From Myxococcota bacterium (GTDB lineage: Bacteria; Myxococcota_A; UBA9160; SZUA-336), in contig CBDFGR010000002.1 in assembly GCA_965247115.1 (NCBI GenBank), positions 1,024,001 through 1,088,000 on the forward strand: a DNA stretch of 64,000 nucleotides. Direction: 5' to 3'. Positions within the stretch are counted from its first letter, which is position 1. Each line of letters opens with the position of its first letter. Positions 52,108 through 62,580 of the stretch are shown here, in pieces. Made by a program: the position numbers and the translations under genes. The notes under the pieces were generated by a model. It saw only the letters and a list, made by a program, of their open reading frames with translations, was not told where the DNA came from and ran no database searches.

Positions 52108-54750
52108 ATGCTCCGCCACCTGGGAGTAGCGCTTTGCGTAGCGCTGACCACGGCCTGTGGACAGCCTCCGCCCGGCGAACCCACACCGATCAGCGAGGAG
52201 GGCCTGGTGCGCACGACGCTCGAGAACGGTCTCAAGGTCATTCTGGTCGAGGACCACTCGGCCCCCGTGGTGGCCTTAAATGTATGGGTCCGGGTGGGGA
52301 GCGCGGACGAGCGCGAGGACGAGGCCGGGATGGCCCACGTCTTCGAGCACATGCTCTTCAAAGGCACGGAGAGACGGGCGGTCGGTGAGATCGCGACGAC
52401 CGTGGAGGCGGCCGGCGGCAACATCAACGCCTTCACCTCACACGACATGACCGTCTACCACATCACGATGGCAAGCCGCGACGTTGCGGTCGGCGTGGAT
52501 GTCCTGTCCGATGCCGTCCAGCACTCGACCTTCGATCCCGACGAGCTCGCTCGCGAAGAAGAGGTCGTCCTCGAGGAAATCAACCGCAGCCTGGATTCGC
52601 CGGGCAGTGTGATCTCGAAAGCCATCTTCGAGACTGCGTACGACGAGCATCCGTACCAGCTCCCCGTGATCGGTACGACGGAGAGCGTGAAGAGCTTCAC
52701 CCGCGAAGGACTGCTCGACTTCTTCGAGCGCTGGTACGTGCCGAACAACATGACTTTCATCGTGGTGGGCGACATCGAGTCCGAGGCGGTGCTGGCACAG
52801 ATCCGCGAGGGGTTTGCAAATGGCCGCGCTGTGGCGGAGCTGGACCATGGGCGGGCTCGAGAGGGCGCTCAAGCAGGCCCGCGCGCCCGCGTGCTACGCA
52901 CTCGCTTCGAGCGCAACCTGGTCGAGCTCGCCTATCCGATCACGGCCTTTCGCCAGCCGGACACGCCGTATATCGACCTGCTGTCGATGGTCCTCGGGGG
53001 AGGCGACAGCTCCCGGCTCTACCGCAACGTGAAGGACCGCCAGCAGCTCGTGCATTCGATCGGCGCCGGATCGTACACACCCCTGGACCCCGGCCTCTTC
53101 ATGATCGACGCAACACTCGAGCCGGAGCACATCGAGGCCGCGATTACGGGGATCGCTGCCGAGGTCCAGCGTCTGCGCGACTTTGGACCGACGCAGACGG
53201 AGCTCGAGCGCGCACGAGTCGTCCTGCTGTCCTCCCAGGTGTACGAGAAGGAGACCGTGCAGGGCCAGGCGCGCAAGCTCGGGTACTACGAAGCCCTTGC
53301 CGGAGGCCTGGAGTACGAAGACGAGTACCTATCTGCCGCTCGCGAGGCGACCCGCGAGGACCTGCAGCGGGTGGCGGCGGAGTACCTCGCGCCCTCACGC
53401 GCCAGCGTCGTCGTCGCGCTGACCGAGGACGCGCGGCCTGAGCTCGAAGCCTCCGGGCTCCTCGACGCGTTGGCGGCCGGCTCGAGCGAGCGGCTGGGGC
53501 GCCTCGAACGAGAGGAGCTGGCGGGTGGAATCTGGCGCTACGCCCTGCCGAACGGCCTCAGGGTCCTGGTGAAGCCGAACGAGGCGGTTCCCCTGGTCGC
53601 CCTACGGCTCTCGATGCTGGGCGGGCTCCTGGCCGAGACGGAAGCGACGCAGGGCATCACCTCGTTTCTGGCGGACATGCTCGACCGCGGCACAGAGCAA
53701 CGCAGCGCCGCCCAGATCGCGGCGGAGGTCGAGGACATCGCCGGTGAGCTATCGGGGTTCTCGGGGCGCAACAGCTTTGGAGTCGCAGGGGAGTTCCTGC
53801 TGGACTCTCTCGACAAGGGGCTGGAGCTGTTCGCGGACGTAGTCCTGCACCCGGCGTTCGACGAGAGCGAGGTCGAGAAGGTCCAGACCGAGCGTCTCGC
53901 CGCGCTCAAGCGACGCGAGGACAACCTGTTCGCGAAGGACTTCGAGCTCTTCCAGAACGAGATCTTCCCGGGTCATCCGTATCGCTTCTCGCTCATTGGC
54001 ACCGCTGAGTCGGTGGAGAAGATCGAATCCGAGGCACTGCGCGCGTACTACGGGACGTACGCGCATCCTTCGAACGCCGTGCTCTCGATCGTGGGGGACG
54101 TGGATCCCGATCAGATCGTCGAGGCCATCTCGCTCCAGCTGGGCGGCTGGACCGGACCAGAGACAATTGCCCTCCCCGAGCGAGAGATCTCGGTCCTGAG
54201 CAACGCGCCGCGGCTCGTCTCCCTGGAGAAGAACAAGAGCCAGGTGCACATCATCGTCGGCTTCCCTGGCGTCCGGATCTCGGACCCGGACGTCCCGGCT
54301 CTCGACGTGCTGACACAGATCCTGTCGGGGCAAGGAGGTCGGCTCTTCCTCGAGCTGCGCGATCGCCAGAGCCTCGCCTACAGCGTCACGGCGTTCTCGA
54401 TTGAGGGCGTCGACCCGGGTGCCGTTGGCGCATACATCGCAAGCGCCCCCGGCAAGCTGGAGCAATCGCTTGACGGTCTGCGCGAGGAGCTCCGCAAGCT
54501 GCTCGAGGGCCCCATCCGTAGCGACGAGCTCGAGCGGGCGCAGAACTACTTGATCGGGAGCCGCGCCGTGTCGCTCCAGCGCTACGGCGCGCAGGCCAAC
54601 CTGCTGTCGCTAGACGAGCTGTACGGCCTTGGAGCGACGCACCATCTGGACTACGCAAGCCGCATCGACGCGGTAACCGTCGACGACCTGGCGCGGGTCG
54701 CGAGGCGGATCATTCGCCTCGAGTCCGAAACCGTCGCCATCGTGCGCTAG
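52108..54750 (+). CDS. M16 (pitrilysin/insulinase) family zinc peptidase, putative lipoprotein
   Basis: Lipobox TAC; GMAHVFEHMLFKGT (HxxEH), NAFTS; second inactive M16 half. Confidence 0.92.
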   Translation: MLRHLGVALCVALTTACGQPPPGEPTPISEEGLVRTTLENGLKVILVEDHSAPVVALNVWVRVGSADEREDEAGMAHVFEHMLFKGTERRAVGEIATTVEAAGGNINAFTSHDMTVYHITMASRDVAVGVDVLSDAVQHSTFDPDELAREEEVVLEEINRSLDSPGSVISKAIFETAYDEHPYQLPVIGTTESVKSFTREGLLDFFERWYVPNNMTFIVVGDIESEAVLAQIREGFANGRAVAELDHGRAREGAQAGPRARVLRTRFERNLVELAYPITAFRQPDTPYIDLLSMVLGGGDSSRLYRNVKDRQQLVHSIGAGSYTPLDPGLFMIDATLEPEHIEAAITGIAAEVQRLRDFGPTQTELERARVVLLSSQVYEKETVQGQARKLGYYEALAGGLEYEDEYLSAAREATREDLQRVAAEYLAPSRASVVVALTEDARPELEASGLLDALAAGSSERLGRLEREELAGGIWRYALPNGLRVLVKPNEAVPLVALRLSMLGGLLAETEATQGITSFLADMLDRGTEQRSAAQIAAEVEDIAGELSGFSGRNSFGVAGEFLLDSLDKGLELFADVVLHPAFDESEVEKVQTERLAALKRREDNLFAKDFELFQNEIFPGHPYRFSLIGTAESVEKIESEALRAYYGTYAHPSNAVLSIVGDVDPDQIVEAISLQLGGWTGPETIALPEREISVLSNAPRLVSLEKNKSQVHIIVGFPGVRISDPDVPALDVLTQILSGQGGRLFLELRDRQSLAYSVTAFSIEGVDPGAVGAYIASAPGKLEQSLDGLREELRKLLEGPIRSDELERAQNYLIGSRAVSLQRYGAQANLLSLDELYGLGATHHLDYASRIDAVTVDDLARVARRIIRLESETVAIVR

Positions 54751-54795
54751 CCAGGCGCCTGCATGCTACCCTCCACGCCGACCAGGGGGAAGTCA

Positions 54796-55428
54796 ATGTC
54801 TCGGAGATTGGCTCTAGGCTCTCTCGCCGCACTCGCCCTCACCTTTGGCCTCGCGGCGTCTCACGGAAAACCCGAAGCAGCAGGAAAGGAACGCGAGGTG
54901 GCCGAGGCAGAAGACGTGCAGGAAGAGACCCCGCAGAACAACGAGGTCGCCGTGGTTCGCGTGAAAGACCTCGGCGTGATCACGCTCGAGTTCTACCCGG
55001 ACCGAGCGCCAAACCACGTCGAGAACTTCAAGAAGCTGGCACGTGCCGAGTTCTACGACGGCACCAGGTTTCACCGCGTCATTCCGGGCTTCATGATCCA
55101 GGGCGGAGACCCGAACACGAAGGAACCCGACACGAGCAAGTGGGGGACGGGCGGCCCGGGCTACCAGATCGACGCGGAGTTCAGCCAGGCCCCGCACCTG
55201 CGTGGGACCCTGTCGATGGCCCGCTCCCAGGACCCTGACTCCGCCGGCAGCCAGTTCTTCATCTGCGTCGACCGTTCCTCCTTCCTGGACGGTCAGTACA
55301 CCGTCTTTGGCAAGGTTGTCGACGGCATGGACGTTGCGGACAGGATCGTGAACGCCCCGCGAGATGGGAACGACCGGCCCAACGACGACGTGATCGTGGA
55401 GACGATTCGGATCGAGGAGCGCGGCTAG
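54796..55428 (+). CDS. Cyclophilin-type peptidyl-prolyl cis-trans isomerase (exported)
   Basis: FHRVIPGFMIQGGDP, LSMAR..DSAGSQFFI, LDGQYTVFG; signal peptide. Confidence 0.95.
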   Translation: MSRRLALGSLAALALTFGLAASHGKPEAAGKEREVAEAEDVQEETPQNNEVAVVRVKDLGVITLEFYPDRAPNHVENFKKLARAEFYDGTRFHRVIPGFMIQGGDPNTKEPDTSKWGTGGPGYQIDAEFSQAPHLRGTLSMARSQDPDSAGSQFFICVDRSSFLDGQYTVFGKVVDGMDVADRIVNAPRDGNDRPNDDVIVETIRIEERG

Positions 55429-55576
55429 GCGCCTAGCGGGGCTCACCGCTGGACGCGAGCGAGAGCCTTGGGCACAGTACCCCGTCCATGACGAAGACCG
55501 ATCCCTTGCGCCAGGCTCACGAGGGGCCGCTGGCAAGGTAGTGCGGATTCGCTAAGTCGTTGGACTTCCACATCCT

Positions 55577-55652
<76 letters not shown>

Positions 55653-55759
55653 GAAGAGCACTTTAGTTCCACGGGCTTAGATGCGACAGAACCGACACAG
55701 GCCCCGGTCCCTTGGCGACACTGCCTGATTCCTAATCAGCAGATCAGCGGTGCCAGGCC

Positions 55760-56130
55760 ACGCTGATCGAGCGCCAGATCTCCGCCCCTTTCGACGATCC
55801 CGACTTCCTCTACGAGGTGAAGTTCCACGGGTTCCGAGAGCTGGCCTACGTCGACGACAGCCATTGCGAGCTCGTCTCCCGGAAAGACCACGTCGATCGG
55901 AGGTTCGCCGATCTCTGCCAGGGCATCGCAGCTGACCTGAAGGCCACCAGCGCGATCCTCGACGGGGAGATCGTGTGCCTCGACGACCAGGGCCGCTCGC
56001 GGTTCTACGACCTCATGTTCCACCGCGGGGGACCCTACTTCTACGCGTTCGATCTGCTCTGGGTGGATGGTGTCGATCTCCGAGATCTGCCCCTTGTGGA
56101 ACGGAAGGCGAAGCTCCGCAAGCTCATATC
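55760..56130 (+). pseudogene. ATP-dependent DNA ligase (LigD ligase-like) fragment
   Basis: PFDDPDFLYEVKFHGFR (the KxDG motif is altered), LDGEIV, YAFDLLWVDG.DLRDLPL.ERK; no proper start, and truncated before the EG..K motif. Confidence 0.8.
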
Positions 56131-56188
56131 CCCCCCTTCGCGTTGCCCAGCTGGCTTCATTGTCCGCTTAACCGCAAGCGGCCAAGCA

Positions 56189-56758
56189 TCAGTCAGCTCC
56201 GGTGAGCTGCAACCACTGTCCTTCGTACCAGTACCACACCACCGACGCCTTCTCGACAAAAGCATCGTTGACTCCGTCGTGATCCAAGCGAGGCGGCTCG
56301 AGGCCACCAAACACCTCGTAATGCTCCTGAATGTATCGGGGACTTGCCACACCAAGAGCCCGGGAGAAACCGATTACCCCACCTCCAATGTCTTGGAGAT
56401 AATTGAGATCAGGCGCTGACGCCAACTCTGCGACCACGATCGTCGACTCCTTCGGAAAAATCAGAATTGAGGACACGCGTTCCAAAGAACACAGCACCGC
56501 GATATCGATTTGATCGGGTGCAGTGAACCGTCCTCGAACAATATTTCTGCGCTCTACGCCTGGATACACCTGAGGAATCGTGCACCCCCGCCGTTCCAGT
56601 TCTTCCCGGACGGAAGAGGGGAGATCATCAAACACGCCCGGTGCCAACCGTACTGTCTCCCTGTCAGCACGATCAAACTCTGGGAATGCCCTTTGCCCTG
56701 CCGCGGTTCCTGCAAGCAACTCTAGTGAGAGGCAGAGCTGAGTGACAGTTCGCATCAC
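56189..56758 (-). CDS. Hypothetical exported protein, gene-cassette-like
   Basis: 189-aa ORF with an N-terminal signal-like segment; visibly more AT-rich than the core; GTTAGAC and an RBS lie immediately upstream. Confidence 0.7.
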   Translation of the reverse strand: MMRTVTQLCLSLELLAGTAAGQRAFPEFDRADRETVRLAPGVFDDLPSSVREELERRGCTIPQVYPGVERRNIVRGRFTAPDQIDIAVLCSLERVSSILIFPKESTIVVAELASAPDLNYLQDIGGGVIGFSRALGVASPRYIQEHYEVFGGLEPPRLDHDGVNDAFVEKASVVWYWYEGQWLQLTGAD

Positions 56759-56771
56759 CTTCTTCCTTGCG

Positions 56772-56796
56772 GTCTAACGAGCTGTGGCTAAACCGC
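56772..56796 (-). other. 3' half of an attC-like integron recombination site
   Basis: Minus strand GCGGTTTAGCCACAGCTCGTTAGAC ends in GTTRRRY; no matching 5' half found. Confidence 0.45.
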
Positions 56797-57046
56797 TATC
56801 TACCTCAGCATACCGACGGGTCTCCGGAGAGCGGGAAGCGGGCCGAGCCAGAGCTTGCCGGAGCCAATGAGGGCGGTGTGCTGTGCCCGCCCACGAGGAG
56901 AGCCGTGCTGATGCCCGCGAGCAGGGGCCACGGATGTCGATGAAGCAGGCTCATAGACAGCCCGTGTACGCGATCGGGACACTGGAGGTTACGTCCTCCG
57001 ACCGGTCGGCATGAACCAGCCCCACCCTCACGGCTGCTGTATCTCG

Positions 57047-57136
57047 GGGGATAGGGAGCTTAAGAGGGTTTTTCGGGTTCTGACAATGGCCCTTCCCGTC
57101 CTATCGGTTCGTCTGAGGGCCGGGCCGCGGCGGCGC
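57047..57136 (+). repeat. ~90-bp direct repeat, copy A (imperfect hairpin)
   Basis: GGGGATAGGGAGCTTAAGAGGGTTTTTCGGGTTCTGACAATGGCCCTTCCCGTCCTATCG... matches 58559-58646. Confidence 0.9.
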
Positions 57137-57179
57137 CTCTACCCGGGCTGAGCCCCTCTGGGCCCTAGCCCTACCCGGC

Positions 57180-58070
57180 TCAGGTTCTAGCAGGCAGGTA
57201 CTCGCCGTACCACGCGATGGCCTCACGCATCGTCGCATCGAATGCGGGCGGCGTATACACCTCGTAGTGGCCGTAGCCCTCGAGCACCACGAGCCGCTTC
57301 GGCTCCCCCGCCTTCTCATAGAGGATCCGGGACTCCTCGGGCGGGACCAGCCGATCGTCGTCACTGGTGATGAACAGAATCGGGCGGGGCGCCACCTTGT
57401 CGACCACCCACTCAGCGTGATGGCACAGGGTCTCGTCCACGTACTCGAGCGGGATCGTGGAGACCGCAGCCGGGTTGGCCGCCCGGGCCACGGCAGCAAG
57501 CTCGGCGGACTGCCGATCCGGCAGCAGCACCTCCCCTCGCTCGACCTGCTCTGACTGCCCGCTCAGCACCCGCGCCTCGCGGTCGGCGCGCGAGCGCTCG
57601 AGCAGGTCGTGCCACTCGTCGGGGCGGCGGACGCTGCGCATCCAGCGCCGCCCGTCGCCAACCCCGACCACAGACACCACGCAGCGCACCCGCGGATCGA
57701 TGGCCGCAACCCAGACCACGGTTGTACCGCCGTAGCTCGTGCCGTAGATCCCGAGTTTCTCGGCGTCGACCCCGTCCTGCAGGCCGAGGAACGTGAGGGC
57801 CGCCTGCACGTCGGCGACCCGCGACCAAGGCGCAAGCCGGCTCCGCGCCCCCTCGCTCTCGCCCCAGCCCTTGTAGTCGAAGGTGAGCACGACGTAGCCG
57901 GCGTCGTTCAGCACCCGGGCGTTGTCGGGAAGGTATAGATCCTTTACCCCAGTGTAACCGTGACAGAGGACGATGCCCGCGCGCGCGTCCCCGGAGACGA
58001 GGCCCTCGGGAGCGTAGAGATCGCCGACTAGCTTCACACCTTCGCTGTAGAACGTGACGGGGGTCTTCAT
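57180..58070 (-). CDS. Alpha/beta hydrolase (peptidase S9/S15-like)
   Basis: ATG at 58070; LCHGYTG, FDYKGWGESEG, GTSYGG, DDRLVP, GHY. Confidence 0.88.
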   Translation of the reverse strand: MKTPVTFYSEGVKLVGDLYAPEGLVSGDARAGIVLCHGYTGVKDLYLPDNARVLNDAGYVVLTFDYKGWGESEGARSRLAPWSRVADVQAALTFLGLQDGVDAEKLGIYGTSYGGTTVVWVAAIDPRVRCVVSVVGVGDGRRWMRSVRRPDEWHDLLERSRADREARVLSGQSEQVERGEVLLPDRQSAELAAVARAANPAAVSTIPLEYVDETLCHHAEWVVDKVAPRPILFITSDDDRLVPPEESRILYEKAGEPKRLVVLEGYGHYEVYTPPAFDATMREAIAWYGEYLPART

Positions 58071-58556
58071 GGGCGGACTCCGGTGATGGACGGGGCGCCG
58101 GCGAGCTGCGCCGATGCTGTTCGCTCCGAGGCCAACACGTCGAGGGCCGAGGACCACGCGTCGAAGGCGTCACTCACATCCTGCTCCTATGTACGGTGGA
58201 AATGTAATTCTTGCCCGCACCCTTCAGGATCCCACGCTCCAACAACACCTCATTGAAGCGGTGCGCTAGCCCCACGTCGCCGCGACGATAGCCACGATAG
58301 TCTTCGATGGGGCCCGATGCGAATACCCCGTCGAAGCATGGCGGCACGCCCAAGACCTCGGCCTCGAAGCTGCGCACGCGCAGCCGCTCGGAGAGTCCGT
58401 CCATGAGCCGTTGGCCCGTGGCGAAGAGCTTCTCGTAGGTCCCGGGTTCTCGGAGCACCTCCAACGTCGCGAGACCCGCCGTGGCGGAGACCGGATTTCC
58501 CGACAGCGTGCCCATCTGAACCAAGTAGTGCTCCCGGTCGACGCGGCTCGCGTCAA
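58067..58556 (-). pseudogene. C-terminal fragment of a class-III (GSA-aminomutase-like) aminotransferase, frameshifted
   Basis: QMGTLSGNPVSATAGLATLEVL, LLERGIL; frameshift near 58190 into SDAFDAWSSAL; the 5' part is cut off at repeat copy B. Confidence 0.8.
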
Positions 58557-58558
58557 AA

Positions 58559-58646
58559 GGGGATAGGGAGCTTAAGAGGGTTTTTCGGGTTCTGACAATA
58601 GCCCTTCCCGTCCTATCGATTGGTCTGAGGTCCGGGGCGCGGGCGC
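58559..58646 (+). repeat. ~90-bp direct repeat, copy B
   Basis: The first 41 bp are identical to copy A, followed by scattered substitutions. Confidence 0.9.
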
Positions 58647-58772
58647 TCGATTTTCGTGATGCCCGAACGGCGCGCCAGCATATTCGGAACTGGCGCCCAC
58701 GCTGATATGCTGTTGCTTGCGCTTACGACATGAGCGCGAACTACATAAAAAAGAGATACGGGGGAGGAGACC

Positions 58773-60569
58773 GTGGACGACATCAGGACGCAGGACGACC
58801 CGATCTTCCGTTCCGAAGTGCGCGACGGCATGCGGATCGACTGGGATGTGCCGATCGCCATGGATGACGGGGTGGTGCTGCGCGCCAATGTGTATCGGCC
58901 CAACGACGACGGCAGCTATCCCGCGATCATGAACTACGGCCCCTATTCGAAGGACCTGGCGTGGCAGGAAGGCTACGCGGCGGTCTGGGACATGTTCTCG
59001 CGCGACCATCCCGAGGCGGTTGCCGGATCGTCCAACATTCACCAGAGCTGGGAAGTGGTCGACCCGGAGAAATGGGTGCCCGACGGCTTCGCCTGCGTCC
59101 GGGTCGATTCGCGCGGCGCCGGGCGCTCACCGGGCGTGATCGATTGTTTCTCCCCCCGCGAAGCTCAAGACTTTGCCGCCTGCATCGATTGGGCCGGTAC
59201 CCAGGGCTGGTCGAACGGCAAAGTCGGCCTGTCGGGCATTTCCTACTACGCCATCAACCAATGGCACGTCGCCGGCCTGCAGCCCAAGCACCTAGCCGCC
59301 ATGTGTGTCTGGGAAGGCGCCGCCGACTTTTACCGCGATATGACCCATCACGGCGGCATCCTCATGCCGGCGCTGGGTATCTGGTACACGAACCAGGTCA
59401 AGTCGGTGCAGCACGGCGTCGGCGAAAACGGCGACCGCAGCCGGGTTCACGGCGAACTCGTCGCCGGCCCCGATACGCTGTCGGAGGCCGAGTTGGAGAA
59501 AAACCGTACCGATCTCGGCGCTGAGATCGCCAAATATCCCCTCGACGACAAATTCCACCGGGCACGCTCGGCCGATTGGTCCAAGGTCAAGGTGCCGTTC
59601 CTATCGGCGGCGAGCTGGGGCGGCCAGGGGCTGCACCCGCGCGGCAATTACATGGGGTTTGAGCACGCCGCCTCGAAGCAGAAGTGGCTGGAATGCCACG
59701 GCCTCGAACATTGGACCGAATTCTACACCCCATACGGTCTGGACCTGCAGAAACAGTTCTTTGGCCACTTCCTCAAAGGCGAGAAAAACGGTTGGAACAA
59801 GCGCCCGCCGGTGCTGCTCAAGGTGCGCCACGTCGGCGAGAAATTCGTCGAGCGGGCGGAGAAGGAGTGGCCGCTCAAACGCACCAAATGGACCAAGGTC
59901 TATCTCGACCCGGCGAACATGAACCTCGCGGCGGAGGCACCAAAAAAGGCAGCGAAGCTCAGCCATGACGGCATGGGCGACGGCGTGACGTTTTTCCTGC
60001 CGCCGGCCGACGAAGATGTCGAGATCACCGGCCCCATGGCCGCCAAGCTGTTCGTGTCGTCGGAAACCGAGGACGCCGACCTGTTCCTGGTCGTGCGCCT
60101 GTTTACGCCGGACATGAAGGAGGTCACGTTCAAGGGCACGATCGACCCAAATACGCCGATCGCCCAAGGCTGGCTGCGCGCCTCGCACCGCAAGCTCGAC
60201 AAGAAAATGACCAAGCGCTGGCAGCCCTGGCACAGCCACGATGAAAAGCAGCCGTTGAAGCCGGGCAAGGTCTACGAGCTCGACATCGAGATCTGGCCGA
60301 CTTGCATCGTCGTGCCGGCGAGCTATCGGCTGGCGTTGAGTGTGCGCGGTAAGGACTATGTCTATTCATGTGCCAACAACGCAGTCGTGTTACCGGGCTA
60401 TCCGCCGTTCAGCGGGTGCGGCTTTTTCATTCACACCGACCCCAAGGATCGGCCGAAGTCGGTGTTTGGCAAGCAGGTAACGCTGCACACCGGCCCCGAG
60501 TATAAGTCGCATCTTCTGCTTCCGGTGATCCCCGCCACGGGCAAGACTGGCAAGAAAAGGAAGCGGTAG
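58773..60569 (+). CDS. CocE/NonD family hydrolase
   Basis: DVPIAMDDGVVLRANVYRP, DSRGAGRS, WSNGKVGLSGISY, C-terminal PepX-like jelly roll; GGAGG RBS. Confidence 0.92.
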   Translation: MDDIRTQDDPIFRSEVRDGMRIDWDVPIAMDDGVVLRANVYRPNDDGSYPAIMNYGPYSKDLAWQEGYAAVWDMFSRDHPEAVAGSSNIHQSWEVVDPEKWVPDGFACVRVDSRGAGRSPGVIDCFSPREAQDFAACIDWAGTQGWSNGKVGLSGISYYAINQWHVAGLQPKHLAAMCVWEGAADFYRDMTHHGGILMPALGIWYTNQVKSVQHGVGENGDRSRVHGELVAGPDTLSEAELEKNRTDLGAEIAKYPLDDKFHRARSADWSKVKVPFLSAASWGGQGLHPRGNYMGFEHAASKQKWLECHGLEHWTEFYTPYGLDLQKQFFGHFLKGEKNGWNKRPPVLLKVRHVGEKFVERAEKEWPLKRTKWTKVYLDPANMNLAAEAPKKAAKLSHDGMGDGVTFFLPPADEDVEITGPMAAKLFVSSETEDADLFLVVRLFTPDMKEVTFKGTIDPNTPIAQGWLRASHRKLDKKMTKRWQPWHSHDEKQPLKPGKVYELDIEIWPTCIVVPASYRLALSVRGKDYVYSCANNAVVLPGYPPFSGCGFFIHTDPKDRPKSVFGKQVTLHTGPEYKSHLLLPVIPATGKTGKKRKR

Positions 60570-60719
60570 GCGGATCGGGCGCGCCCGGCGCGCCGGGCCT
60601 AAAATTCTGGCCGCTTTGCCGGCGCGGACGGCACGCTCGCACTCGGTCACCGGCGCGTCCGCCAGAGTTGCCCGATGGCCGTAGAAGGGTGAACTTCGTT
60701 GTGCTGCCGCGCGGGCGCA

Positions 60720-61100
60720 TTAACCTTGCCAGAACCGGGCAGCTCTAAAGGTCTTGCTGATTAATCCCGTATTCAAACCTGTCTCCGTCTGCCCGGCCAA
60801 CGTGCGAGGATCCGCCGCTGAGAGTTGGCCCGCCGCCACAGGTCTAAAGCTCGCCAGCTGCCTGGTTACAGGCAAGAGGGCTACGTCACCCCTCGATGAC
60901 CCCAAGCCTGCTGTACCGCTGCGCGCGCGAACTCCGAGCTGAGCGTCTGCTTTGCTGCTCCCGCGGCGCCGCAACCCGATCATCTCACCCTCTAGCTTGT
61001 CGATGACGTGCAGAGCGGTAACAAGCGCCAATCTCGGCTCGTCGCCCAACCCGAGATCGAGGAAGACCCCCGTCCCGGGAGAAACCGAGATGGGAATCGC
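60720..61100 (-). pseudogene. Possible trypsin-like serine peptidase remnant
   Basis: In frame PGTGVFL..LVTALHVI (His motif) and DVALL (Asp motif); no GxSG motif and no credible start. Confidence 0.35.
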
Positions 61101-61157
61101 TCAGGTTCCGGGTGTTGGGTCCAGCTGGCGACCGTCAGTGACACGTGTCGCGCGAGG

Positions 61158-62489
61158 TCAACGCGAAGGTCCTGCGAGCTCGTCCTTCGCCTTCATGTCC
61201 GCGTGCAGCGTGCGGGCAGCGAGCAGGAAGAGCGTGATCGCCAGGACCTTGGCGACGGCCACCGCCAGCAGCGAGTAGCGCACCGCCTCCGCGCCAACCG
61301 TCGGGTTCAGCAGGTCGTTCAAAATGCCCACGAACTGCGGGCCGGCGCCCATGCCGATGATGTTCAGCAGGAACAGCAGCACGGCCGAGGCGAGCGCCCG
61401 CATGCGCACCTTCACGAGCGAGTGCGTGAGAACGATGATCGGTCCGAGGGTCACGGACGAGACGAGGACCGAGGGGAAGTAGAAGATGAGGGCGAGCGTG
61501 GGGTCGTCGACGAGCAGGAATGGGATGACGAATGGCAGGTAGCAGGCCAGCCCCAGCGACGGGACCCAGAGGTACCAGCGCACGTCGCGGCGTCCCAGAC
61601 GATCGGCCAGTACTCCACCAAGCACCGCGCCAATCGCCCCGGCCACGCCCGTTTCGATGCCGATCCAGGTTCCTATTTCACCGGTGCCCATACCGTGGAC
61701 GCGACCCATGAACGCCGGCACCCAGGTGAGAAAGCCGTAGGCGCCGAAGGCGGTCAGGCCCATGCCGATCGAGTACAGCACGAAGCTGCGCAGGCGGATC
61801 AGGAAGCGGGCTACGTCCCGCAAGCTGTCGCTCGACGCGTCGACCGGTACGGTCTCCGACATGCCACGCGGGGGCTCCCTGATGGTGAAGCGGACCACGA
61901 GCGCGAAGAGCAGACCAGGCCCCCCCACGACGAAGAACGCGACACGCCAGCCAAAGAACTCGTTGACCCAGCCACCCGCCAGGAGCCCGAGCATGACCCC
62001 GACGGAGATTCCCGTGTTGTAGATCGAGATCGCGGTCGCTCGGCGCTCGAGCGGGAAGTAGTCCGAGATCAGCGAGTGGGCCGGGGGCGTCCCCGCAGCC
62101 TCGCCGACGCCGACACCGATCCGCGCCAGGGCCAGCTGGCCGAAGGTCTGGACGACCCCGCAGAGGGCTGTCATCACGCTCCAGCCAGCGAGACCCGCGG
62201 CGATGATCGACCGGCGAACGCCGCGATCGGCCAGGCGGGCGATCGGGATACCGGCGAACGTGTAGAAGACCGCGAACGCGAAGCCGGTCAGGAACCCCAT
62301 TGCCGTGTCGGAGGCGCCGAGCTCTTCCTTGATCGGGTCCAGCAGAATGGCCAGGATGTTGCGGTCGAGCAGGTTGAAGACGTAAACGAAGAAGAGGACG
62401 GTGAGGACGTAGTTCGAGTACCCGGGGGAGAACTTCTGGGCGCCCTCTCCGGTTGCGGCGTCGGAAGCTCTCGGACGTCTCTCCTGCAC
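61158..62489 (-). CDS. MFS transporter (spinster-like)
   Basis: NLLDRNILAILLDPIK, ARLADRGVRR, RIGVGVGEA, SLISDYFP; ~12 TM segments. Confidence 0.92.
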   Translation of the reverse strand: MQERRPRASDAATGEGAQKFSPGYSNYVLTVLFFVYVFNLLDRNILAILLDPIKEELGASDTAMGFLTGFAFAVFYTFAGIPIARLADRGVRRSIIAAGLAGWSVMTALCGVVQTFGQLALARIGVGVGEAAGTPPAHSLISDYFPLERRATAISIYNTGISVGVMLGLLAGGWVNEFFGWRVAFFVVGGPGLLFALVVRFTIREPPRGMSETVPVDASSDSLRDVARFLIRLRSFVLYSIGMGLTAFGAYGFLTWVPAFMGRVHGMGTGEIGTWIGIETGVAGAIGAVLGGVLADRLGRRDVRWYLWVPSLGLACYLPFVIPFLLVDDPTLALIFYFPSVLVSSVTLGPIIVLTHSLVKVRMRALASAVLLFLLNIIGMGAGPQFVGILNDLLNPTVGAEAVRYSLLAVAVAKVLAITLFLLAARTLHADMKAKDELAGPSR

Positions 62490-62580
62490 GGCTTGCCCTC
62501 GCGGCTGATCGCCTGAGCATACACGGGTCCACTTTGCTCGAGCCGCCTACCTCGATGATGGCGCTCCGTTCGGGCGAACG

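Noticed and set aside
55817..56419. 200-aa intact DNA ligase
   Set aside because: Similarity ends near 56130; the remainder is antisense to the 56189-56758 gene, and motif I is damaged, so it was called a pseudogene.
57047..58646. Direct repeats as Tn3 inverted repeats, attC or dif sites
   Set aside because: They are in direct orientation and lack the RYYYAAC/GTTRRRY and XerC/XerD consensus; the GGGG...TAAG resemblance to Tn3 ends is too short.
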